A stretch of DNA of 64,000 nucleotides, taken from NCBI GenBank assembly GCA_023245155.1, contig JAHFKV010000001.1, positions 459,034-523,033 of the forward strand, in the 5' to 3' direction. Below the pieces are notes generated by a model that did no database searches, was not told the origin of the DNA, and saw only the letters and a program-made list of their open reading frames with translations. Shown piece by piece: positions 44,305-52,900 of the stretch; positions within the stretch are counted from its first letter, which is position 1, and each line of letters opens with the position of its first letter. Made by a program: the position numbers and the translations under genes. This DNA is from Candidatus Staskawiczbacteria bacterium (GTDB lineage Bacteria > Patescibacteriota > Minisyncoccia > Minisyncoccales > Staskawiczbacteraceae).

Positions 44305-44532
44305 CTAGACCGGGATGGGCCTTAGATCGATGCCGTGACTTTCCCTGAGAGCTCTTTCGGTCACTTCATCTAGCATGGGCGCCATGCCGGTCGCAACCAA
44401 AGCACGATGGATCGCCGCCGCCGTTTCGCCTCCCCACTCTCCATCGGCGACCATTGCCGGAGACCCGAATCCGAGTCTGATGAGTTCTCCCTGGAGAAAC
44501 TTAATCTGGCCGGACGACAAGATTCTAGCCAT
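44305..44532 (-). CDS. Small protein with a peptidoglycan-binding-like (PG_binding_1-type) fold, GC-rich (75 aa)
   Basis: GAGGAGGG lies 4 nt upstream of the ATG at 44532. The pattern IKFLQGELIRLGF...VADGEWGGETAAAIHRAL resembles the LQ..L..LGY..DG.FG..T..AV motif. Confidence 0.5.
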   Translation of the reverse strand: MARILSSGQIKFLQGELIRLGFGSPAMVADGEWGGETAAAIHRALVATGMAPMLDEVTERALRESHGIDLRPIPV

Positions 44533-44552
44533 GATACCCTCCTCTTTTTGAA

Positions 44553-44614
44553 ACTTCTGCAACTTCGGTTGCAGAAGTTATTAAAATACTAACTTTTTAT
44601 TTTTTAAATGTCAA
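44553..44614 (-). promoter_or_regulatory. Promoter TTGACA (44614-44609), 17-nt spacer, TAGTAT (44591-44586), plus a 5'-UTR hairpin (44553-44580)
   Basis: Read directly. The UTR hairpin CUUCUGCAAC-CGAA-GUUGCAGAAG sits just before the RBS. Confidence 0.5.
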
Positions 44615-44618
44615 GCAA

Positions 44619-44653
44619 AGAAAAACCGCAGCGAGACCCCAATCGCTGCGGTT
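44619..44653. terminator. Terminator after the STAS gene
   Basis: ACCGCAGCGA (44625-44634) pairs with TCGCTGCGGT (44643-44652), flanked by A/T runs. Confidence 0.6.
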
Positions 44654-44670
44654 TTGGACCAACTCCGGTT

Positions 44671-45015
44671 TTACTCCCTAAGGAGTTTGAGCGCCTCCTC
44701 CTTGTTCTGAGTGGTCTTTAGGGTCTGGTCTAGCTTCATGCTTGAAAAGACGCTGGCGAGCTCTTCGCTCACGTAAAAAACCAACTTCGCCTTCATCCTC
44801 CTGGGTAGTGGAGCCAGCATTCCCAGGAATCTGGAAGAGAATTCTTCCACGGATCTGAGGTTAATGAGTAGCTTAACTTCCGCTCCGTCCAGGGCAGTGA
44901 TTTCCTGGCCAATTTTTAGGGCCATCTCTTCATCGCGGACAGTCGAGTACGGAAGCGTCGCAATGACGATGCCTCCGTCATGCTCGACATGCAGGTAATG
45001 TGTGCCCGTGGGCAT
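44671..45015 (-). CDS. STAS-domain protein (anti-sigma-factor-antagonist-like), GC-rich
   Basis: AAGGGAGG lies 7 nt upstream of the ATG at 45015. The pattern ...VIATLPYSTVRDEEMALKIGQEITALDGAEVKLLINLRSVEEFSSRFLGML resembles SpoIIAA-like STAS. The promoter is TTGACT-17-TAATTT at 45061-45089. Confidence 0.55.
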   Translation of the reverse strand: MPTGTHYLHVEHDGGIVIATLPYSTVRDEEMALKIGQEITALDGAEVKLLINLRSVEEFSSRFLGMLAPLPRRMKAKLVFYVSEELASVFSSMKLDQTLKTTQNKEEALKLLRE

Positions 45016-45095
45016 GGGGGGACCTCCCTTACGAAATGAGTTGTAATGTGCCACAGTTAAAAATTACCACAGGATAACTGTTGAGTCAATCACGG

Positions 45096-46616
45096 TCAGG
45101 CAAATCCCGGGAAAAAGTCGGTTTTTATATGATTCTTGGGTACACCCATTTCTTTCAGGGTTTGCTGGAAAGATACAATCATAGATCTTGGTCCTGAAAT
45201 GTAAAATATTCTTTCTTGGTAGTCGGGTGCTTTTTTCTTAATCATTTGGCTGCTAATAAACCCAATTTCATGGTCAAAACCAGCGGGGATGCCGTTGGAA
45301 TCATGTAAGGTATAAATTGTTTTGGTGCCCAATTTTTCTTGGGCTTCTTTAAACACTTCTTGGTAGGCAATATCTGCAAAGCTATTGTTGGCATAAAAAA
45401 GAATAATATCACGCCTCTCATTGGTATCAATCAAATATTTTATCATGCTCCGAAAAGGCGTGATGCCGATTCCCCCTGCAATGAATACTAATTTTTGGTC
45501 CGGATTCTTAGGCAACGTGAAATCTCCTGCCAATTGAGATGCTATAATTTCTTCGCCCTTGTCTAAGGTTTCCAGCGCCTGCTTGTAGCTACTGGGTTTA
45601 TCGTAAAACTTTACACCAATACGGACGGTGTTTTCAGTGGGGCTTGAAGCAATGGTAAAATAGCGGCGGATACCACGGGTATCTCGTTTTTTGTGAGCTA
45701 GAGTCCATTCCAAATATTGGCCAGGGTGGAATTTGAACAGACCCTTGGGTTCAAATATAAAATCATAGGTATTGTTGGCAATGGAAATCTTTTCTTTGAG
45801 TTGTAATATGAGTTTTTCTTTTGGGCTGACAAGATATGAAAAGATATTTCCGGCCAGTAATGCCAATTCCGGGGAAAAGTAAAATCCAAAAATATTAACA
45901 AATGGCGCATATAGAACCCCGGTCAACGCCCCGTACATCATGCGCTTATTGGTAGTTGGAGGTGTGGTAGCTGGTTCTGTAAGCATGATCAGGGAGAAAA
46001 ATAACAGCGGCGAATCAATAAGCAGGGCTTTGGCGATAAACATACTGTTTTGGCCTGCCAAAAAAGCGTGACCAATGACCATGGCCGCCGATACTGCCAG
46101 AAAGCTCAATACCAAATCCCAACGTTTGATTTTACGGGTAATAAGGAATCCACTAATGGCCACCAGGGGCAACATGCATAAGGTGCCAATCCACCAGCTG
46201 GCATATTGGTTGAATGCCAGTGCAGTCAATGCTACGCCGAACGCTGCCGGATTGAAAATATGTTTTTTACCCACAGCCAATACATATTTTGACGCCATCG
46301 CAAACACGCTAGCCCAGACTAAGAACATGCATTGAGCTGCGTTAGTCGGCGGAGTAATAATTAAAGCAAGAATTAGGGCGGTAATATAGACCGATTCGGT
46401 GTTGGACGGCGCCCGGTATATTTTTGTAAATAGGTAGTTTACCGTCAAACATATTATCAATAAAAAAACGGCTGAAAATGCCAGAGAAAGCGGATTGTAG
46501 GGCAATGCGTGGGTCGCTGCTAGGGCTACTCCTCCAACCACTAAAAAAATCAACGAGTACAGGGTGAGGCGGTACATCGTGATTTTATTCAAAAAGTTAT
46601 CTATCAATTGAAGCAT
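45096..46616 (-). CDS. Membrane RnfD/NqrB-like domain fused to a ferredoxin-NADP reductase-type FAD/NAD(P)-binding domain
   Basis: N-terminal polytopic region with KHIFNPAAFG and MLTEPATTPPT. C-terminal RRYFTIASSP (FAD) and FIAGGIGITPFRSM (NAD). Confidence 0.7.
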   Translation of the reverse strand: MLQLIDNFLNKITMYRLTLYSLIFLVVGGVALAATHALPYNPLSLAFSAVFLLIICLTVNYLFTKIYRAPSNTESVYITALILALIITPPTNAAQCMFLVWASVFAMASKYVLAVGKKHIFNPAAFGVALTALAFNQYASWWIGTLCMLPLVAISGFLITRKIKRWDLVLSFLAVSAAMVIGHAFLAGQNSMFIAKALLIDSPLLFFSLIMLTEPATTPPTTNKRMMYGALTGVLYAPFVNIFGFYFSPELALLAGNIFSYLVSPKEKLILQLKEKISIANNTYDFIFEPKGLFKFHPGQYLEWTLAHKKRDTRGIRRYFTIASSPTENTVRIGVKFYDKPSSYKQALETLDKGEEIIASQLAGDFTLPKNPDQKLVFIAGGIGITPFRSMIKYLIDTNERRDIILFYANNSFADIAYQEVFKEAQEKLGTKTIYTLHDSNGIPAGFDHEIGFISSQMIKKKAPDYQERIFYISGPRSMIVSFQQTLKEMGVPKNHIKTDFFPGFA

Positions 46617-47355
46617 AATTTGAAAAACCAGTGGTTTGCGTGGCTATGCCATTTTTGTTAATAAAATAGCCCTCTAGTCCAGATTTTTTTTCAATAAAAT
46701 TGATACCGTTTTTTTGCATGGCGAAGGCGGCGGTGGCAAAGCGATCGGCTTCATAAATATTAGGACCAATTACAGTTACGCTGACAATGTCAGTCAGTTC
46801 TTGTTGACGGTTTTTGGGATTATAAATATGTGCTCCGCGTTCGTAGGCCCCGGAGGTAGCGATACCCTCGTTATTCTTTAGTAAAACTACTTTGACAATT
46901 TCGTTTGGCTTGAAAGGATTTTTAATCCCCACACTCCAGGGCTTATCCTCATTATTGGTGCCATGCGTTTGAATATCACCGCCCGCTTCAACATAAAAGT
47001 TTTTATATCCTGCTTTTTCTAATATTTTTGCGGTGTTAAAAATAGCCCAACCTTTAACGATTCCCGAGGGATCAAATTTTCCCTGATTATTTCTTATATC
47101 AAAATACCCATCAGTCGTTTGCCGAGTTTCATCGCATAATAAGATTATTGTTTTCATGTCTTCGCTCCAATCAGCTTTCTTTAAATCCCCCTTGTTAATC
47201 TTAGTAATTTCACTGGTTTCTTTGTAGGTACTGAAGGTTTCGTCAATATACGTAAAATAGTCAAAAACACTTTTCAATGTTTCTTTGTCCGTAGCAACGT
47301 CGCACACTTGGACGGTTACGGGCATACCCATAATGAGACGGGTTTCCTTGATCAT
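46597..47355 (-). CDS. apbE: FAD:protein FMN transferase (ApbE family)
   Basis: MGMPVTV..., GYFDI, DPSGIVKGWA, VEAGGDI and TSGAYER motifs. Confidence 0.85.
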   Translation of the reverse strand: MIKETRLIMGMPVTVQVCDVATDKETLKSVFDYFTYIDETFSTYKETSEITKINKGDLKKADWSEDMKTIILLCDETRQTTDGYFDIRNNQGKFDPSGIVKGWAIFNTAKILEKAGYKNFYVEAGGDIQTHGTNNEDKPWSVGIKNPFKPNEIVKVVLLKNNEGIATSGAYERGAHIYNPKNRQQELTDIVSVTVIGPNIYEADRFATAAFAMQKNGINFIEKKSGLEGYFINKNGIATQTTGFSNYASIDR

Positions 47356-47795
47356 TAAGAAGCTTTTGCCAGAGCTGAGGCCAATGACTGCATGAAACCT
47401 TCGCTGGTTTGAGTGGCACCCGAAACAATGTTAACATTGGCGCTCTGGGCGGTAATGGCTTCTTGCTTTAAAATGGGAGCAGATTGGTTGCTAAGATCGG
47501 TGGTGTGGCCAGGCTTATCGGGAAATTTTAAGATTTGTACATCGGCCATTTTACCGCCGTTAATAATCGCCGATACCTGTACGTCGCCATAAATGGTACT
47601 GGCCACCTCGCCGGTATACTGGCCATCTTTAAAGCCAGTTTGAGTTGCTGGCGGAGGTGTAGTACCGCCTGAATTATTATCTTGACCCGTTGTAATCGGC
47701 GCAGCGGGAGTACTTGAAAACTTTTGGTATATGATAAAAGCCCCCACCGCCATGATAATACACAATGAAACAATGATTGTTTTTATATTTTTCAT
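47355..47795 (-). CDS. Membrane-anchored extracytoplasmic FMN-binding domain protein
   Basis: N-terminal TM helix. The FMN_bind-type motif VSGATQTSEGF contains the Thr that ApbE flavinylates in homologues. Confidence 0.7.
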   Translation of the reverse strand: MKNIKTIIVSLCIIMAVGAFIIYQKFSSTPAAPITTGQDNNSGGTTPPPATQTGFKDGQYTGEVASTIYGDVQVSAIINGGKMADVQILKFPDKPGHTTDLSNQSAPILKQEAITAQSANVNIVSGATQTSEGFMQSLASALAKAS

Positions 47796-47855
47796 AATAA
47801 TATTCTAACAAAAAAATCGTATTATTACCATACGATTTCTTTGTTAAAAAGGTTG

Positions 47856-48344
47856 TTAGTTTATCTTTAACATCTCAATTTGGAAAATCAATGTGGCGTT
47901 TTTCGGTATTATCGGTGGAACTCCATTGGGTCCATAAGCTAATTCGGGTGGAATGGTTAAGGTTCTCTTTTCACCCACCTTCATGCCGATTACTCCCAAA
48001 TCCCAACCCTTAATTACTTTTCCGATGCCAAGGATAAAAGGAAACGGGGTGTTCCGGTCAATACTTGAGTCAAACTTTTTTCCATCAATTAAAGTGCCCA
48101 CATAATTCACTAAAATCTTATCCCCCGCCTTAGCCCCCGTTCCGCTACCTTCTTTGGTAATTTCAATTTTCATGCCTTGGATAGTTGAAGTATTAGTGTT
48201 AGTAGTATTCTCGTTATTTGAAGGGGTGGTATTTTGATTTGTAGTAGCGGGCGCTTGTGAGGATCCAAAAAAGACCAAATACAGGCCCAGTAATATCACC
48301 ACCACGATTACTAAAATAATAATTACGAGAAGGATTCTTGACAT
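47856..48344 (-). CDS. FKBP-type peptidyl-prolyl cis-trans isomerase with N-terminal membrane anchor
   Basis: YVGTLIDGKKFDSS, GIGKVIKGWDLGVIGMKVGEKRTLTIPPELAYG. Confidence 0.85.
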   Translation of the reverse strand: MSRILLVIIILVIVVVILLGLYLVFFGSSQAPATTNQNTTPSNNENTTNTNTSTIQGMKIEITKEGSGTGAKAGDKILVNYVGTLIDGKKFDSSIDRNTPFPFILGIGKVIKGWDLGVIGMKVGEKRTLTIPPELAYGPNGVPPIIPKNATLIFQIEMLKIN

Positions 48345-48439
48345 AGTATAATAGCCTTATTTTTATTACGTTAATCCATTTTATTAAATGCATACAACAA
48401 TGTAAATAGACAAAACAGTGGATAACTTATTTGCCGCGG

Positions 48440-49924
48440 TCAATACCACCGAGATATTACTTTACCCACTAAATATTCAATGGGGGCGTAGTTATCGGTT
48501 ATTTCATTGTTTCCCGAAAAATCAATAGTACTGGTATTAATGTTTTTTTGAGCAAGAGTCGGGTTAATCGCAAAATCAATCTTTTTACTACCGTTAATTC
48601 CCAAAAAAATAACATTCTGGGGTTTTGTTGAATCGGGCGATTCCACGGCGAAAAAATAGCTGTTTTCAAAAACACTTTTGAAGGTTTTCATTTCCGATAT
48701 TATTAACGATTGGTTTTCTTGCTTTAAGGATCCGGCAAAGTTTCCGATAAATACTCCATTGGAGGTAAGCTTGCTTTTAGCCAGGGTAAAAAATTCTTTG
48801 GTGGTCAAATGAATGGGTATGGAAAATAACGAATAATATGCGTCCCCGACAATAATGTTGTAGGCAGTGTTAGTTTTTACTAAGAGCCGCCGGCCATCTT
48901 CGGTATAATTGTGCAGCCGGGGATTTTCTTCTAAGTTGAAATACTTTTTTGCATTCGCATACAGCTCCGGCTCAATTTCTGCCACATCAACCTGCATGGT
49001 TGGTGAATCTTTTAACAGCGCCCTGGGAATTGAATATGCTCCGCCGCCTAGCACCAATGCCCGCGAGGCAGTGGGGTTAATTAATTGATATAAAGCATAA
49101 TACTTCGTATAGTCATACACCAGATTATCAGAATTTTTATATATGGCGGCCGAATAACTGCGGTCTTGGAATAAAAAACGGGCTGGCTGACCCTTCCATT
49201 CGCCATCCACTATCTTTATTTTTTCATACATGCCATCTTTTTCATAAATAACCCACTGATTTTTTTGGGTGTATATGTTTTGCGCAAACAGACTGGCACT
49301 GATTAATAAAACCATTATCAAAACACCTTCTTTATGGAATGGCTTTTGGCTTAAAAAATGCATTAAGCCCCAAACAGAAAGAATAGCACCCACCCCCGTC
49401 ATAATAGCGTTAATGCCAAAATATGGGATGAGAAAAAACCCGGAAAGAATCGTACCGCAAATGCTACCAAGGGTAGACCAAAAAAATATCTCCCCGGCGG
49501 TTCTTCCAAGTTTTTCATCAGATGTCTTATGCAGCTTGATGGCAATGGGAGATACTGTTCCAAGCGCAAATGCCGGCCCGAAGAAAATGATTGATGAAAA
49601 AATGAGCGGCCCCAATGTTATTGAGAATAATCCACTGAATAGTTGCAAGAGCGCGGAGCTAATAACTTGCATTACCAGTATGGTAAGTCCGCTTCCGAAT
49701 ATAATCAGATAAAAAACTTTGGCATAAGGATATTTATCAGCGGTTTTGCCTCCAATATAATATCCTAATGAGAGCGCCGCCAAAATGACTCCGATTACTG
49801 AGGAAGTGGTATAAATAGTGTTTCCATAGTAAGGAGAGAGGATTCTGATAGCCAGAATTTCTACAATCAATACTGCGGTTCCGGTAATGAAAACCGATGC
49901 CAACAAGAAAACGTTCTTTGTCAT
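48440..49924 (-). CDS. Polytopic membrane domain fused to a spermidine/spermine synthase-like methyltransferase fold
   Basis: About 7 N-terminal TM helices; C-terminal ALVLGGGAYSIPRALL, VDVAEIEPEL and IIVGDAY. Confidence 0.65.
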   Translation of the reverse strand: MTKNVFLLASVFITGTAVLIVEILAIRILSPYYGNTIYTTSSVIGVILAALSLGYYIGGKTADKYPYAKVFYLIIFGSGLTILVMQVISSALLQLFSGLFSITLGPLIFSSIIFFGPAFALGTVSPIAIKLHKTSDEKLGRTAGEIFFWSTLGSICGTILSGFFLIPYFGINAIMTGVGAILSVWGLMHFLSQKPFHKEGVLIMVLLISASLFAQNIYTQKNQWVIYEKDGMYEKIKIVDGEWKGQPARFLFQDRSYSAAIYKNSDNLVYDYTKYYALYQLINPTASRALVLGGGAYSIPRALLKDSPTMQVDVAEIEPELYANAKKYFNLEENPRLHNYTEDGRRLLVKTNTAYNIIVGDAYYSLFSIPIHLTTKEFFTLAKSKLTSNGVFIGNFAGSLKQENQSLIISEMKTFKSVFENSYFFAVESPDSTKPQNVIFLGINGSKKIDFAINPTLAQKNINTSTIDFSGNNEITDNYAPIEYLVGKVISRWY

Positions 49925-49930
49925 TCCTTA

Positions 49931-52900
49931 TTAGTAGAATTGTTGATCGTTATTCTCCGGCGGTAAGATAAACTCGTTGTTGTGTTTTTGCTCCGGTTCA
50001 GTGGTTGAAGAAGATGGTGCGTGTACCGTAAATTTTGCAGGATCAGAAGTTTCATCTTGGCAAATTCCAGAACCTGCGTCAGTCGGGTTAGTAACCGTTA
50101 CATTATATGTTCCAGCGCTTGCAATATCGCTATCGGGTATTTCGGCAGTAAGTTTAGTATCGGAAATATAGGTTGTGTTTTTTGGATTACCTTTAAAGTT
50201 TACCACCGAATCTTGTACAAAATTGGTACCCTTGACCGTTAATGTAAAGCCCGGATCACCTTCATCTGCCGATTTTGGATCTATGCTAGTAATAGTAGGT
50301 TTCGAACTGCTCGCATCTCCAATGGTAATTGTTTTTGAATTGGAGGCGCCGCTAGAAGAGCCATTGGGAGGATTTATCACTTGCACGCTGTAGGTGCCAA
50401 GATTTTCCTGGGATATGTCACCAGTTAACTCAGTGGCTGAAACAAATGTGGTTGGGATAGCGTGGGTAAACGGCCCCGGGTTTACCGTAAGATAAATGGT
50501 GGCACCGGAAACAAATCCACTCCCATTAACAATGATGGTATCATTGGGGCCACACGGATCTATGCTGGTTATAACGGGGTTTTTAGTGTTAGTAAAAGTA
50601 CAGGTGGTAACTTGGCCGCCCAATATGGTGACATTGTTTGCCTGTTGGTTTGCATTATCAGCAACATATGATTTGTCACAACTAACAGAACTAAATGTCC
50701 AGCCACTAGGCATGCTTTCTTTGATAGAATTAATGGTTCCAGCATCTATCCACACTGGACCGGCCGAACCATTACCCTTCACTGTTGTGATGCTTGCCGT
50801 ATATGGCGAATACGCATAATCAAATTTTCCATCTCCGCCGATCGCTTTCTTAATTATTTTTAATTGTCCTTGCTGAGAGTTACTAAACGTACAGGTAATA
50901 GTTTGTCCGGCCGGAATCACGAGGCCGCTGACGCCGAAAGATGCTTTTGTATACGATGCGCTACCACAATCCACGTCGTTGAATTTCCAATCATTGGGAA
51001 TTCCTTCGGTAATAGTATAAGCCCCTGGATTTACCGTCATGTTACCAGTCGTTCCTGTTCCTCCGGAAGTGGTGATACTCGGGCTAAGCGTTGATGCTCC
51101 TGAAACCGTAAATGTGAACGTGCCAGGATTAGTTGTTCCGGAAGTATTTTTTACAATATTAAGTTTTGTTCCGCTCGACTGTGAATCAGAAAAAGTACAA
51201 ATGGTTTGTCCAGCCCCGACGGTTACGCCTGTAGGCCCGGCAGAGCCCGGAGTAAATGTGCCTCCCTTATCGCAGCTGGCAGAATTGAGTGTCCAACCGC
51301 TGGGAATCGTTTCTAAAACGGAATAGTTGGTTCCGGCCGGTAAATTGGGTATGGTAGCATTACCGGTTCCAGCCGATGTTGTCACGCAAGTATTGCCTGT
51401 TGCCGCGCCGCTAACGTTAAAACAAAATTGGAGTGTACTGTTATTCCCTGGTGTATTTTTTACAATTTTAATGGAGCCTGTCGCCGTCGGGCTATACGTA
51501 TTGGTAATGGTACATGTTGCCGTTTGCCCATTCGTGAAAGTAACGGTATTTTTGCTGGTGAGAGATCCTGCATCACAAGACCACGATCCGGCGGTGTAGT
51601 TGGCAATGTTACTTTCAGATAAAACATATGTTACACCCGCGCTGACCGTGTGAGCATTGGCAGAGGCTCCATTGTCACTAAAACTACCAGAAATAGATGT
51701 GGCTGTCAGCGTCCAGTCGCCGGCGGTCGCAGTTCCGCCGCCCGTATTAATCACTGTCTTGACTAACCTTAAGGTAGGGTTGTTGCTGGTGGTATAATTA
51801 TAATCATTAAAAGTGCAAGTAAGATTATCATTGTTGGCAAGAGTAATACCAGTAATGCTATTACCGTTTTTTGAAGATCCTTTGGCGGGATTGCAGCTTG
51901 CTGAACTGAGAGTAAATCCCGAAGGAATGTTAACTTCGTTAAGAGAGTAGGTTCCTGGGGCGATATTGGAAATAGTAGTTGAATCGCTGTAGGCATTAGG
52001 ACTGGCGGGATTCAATGCGGGTATGGTTGGGCTTGAATTACCTCCAGTGAGAGTAAAATTAAATGTACCACTTGCTCCATTGGTGTTTTTCACCAGAGTA
52101 ATACTGGCAGTAGAAGTAGTGCTATTGTAAGTATTTGTGAGCGTGCAGGTTATATTTTGACCATTAGAAAGGGTGATATCACTTCCAGAAAGTGATCCTC
52201 CGGGGCAAGACCAGCTCCCAGCCGTGTATCCAGAAGGCCCAGATTCAGCAAGATTATATGTATTTCCTGCAACAACCGTGTGGAATTGAGTAGAATCGCC
52301 CCAGTCACTAAAAGCTCCCGGAGGGCCATTGGCTTGCATAATGAAGCTATGGGCAGTAGCAGTTCCCCCGCCGGTATTAACTACATTTTTTGCCAGTTTT
52401 AACGTGGGAGGCCCGGAGGTGCCAGCATAGGTATTCGTAAATGTGCAAGTGACAATTTGTCCTGAAGTTACGTTAAAAGTGGCAGTGCGGGTGCCAAGGT
52501 TGCCAGAACTGCTTCCATTATCGCAACTGATAGAATTGAGCGTCCATTGGCCTGCCAAGGTACCCTCGGTTGACGCATATACTCCCGCTGGAACGCTGGC
52601 TGAAAGAGTACCATTGTTAACATTAATAGTTCCCGCAACATTTCCTGTAAACGAGAATGACCCAACACTATTAACCATGACTTTTTTGACGATGATAGTA
52701 GCATTCGGCGGCGGAGTTGAAGCATAATTTGCCATTACGGTCCTGTTTGCGTTCATAGTTACGCTACAAGTGACCGTGCTAGAACTATCGCATCCGCTCC
52801 AATTTACAAAAATTAATCCTCCCCAATTCGCAGGAGCTGAAAGAGAAACCGGTGTTCCAGCGGCGATACCGGGCTTGGGATAATTGGTATTACCACCCCA

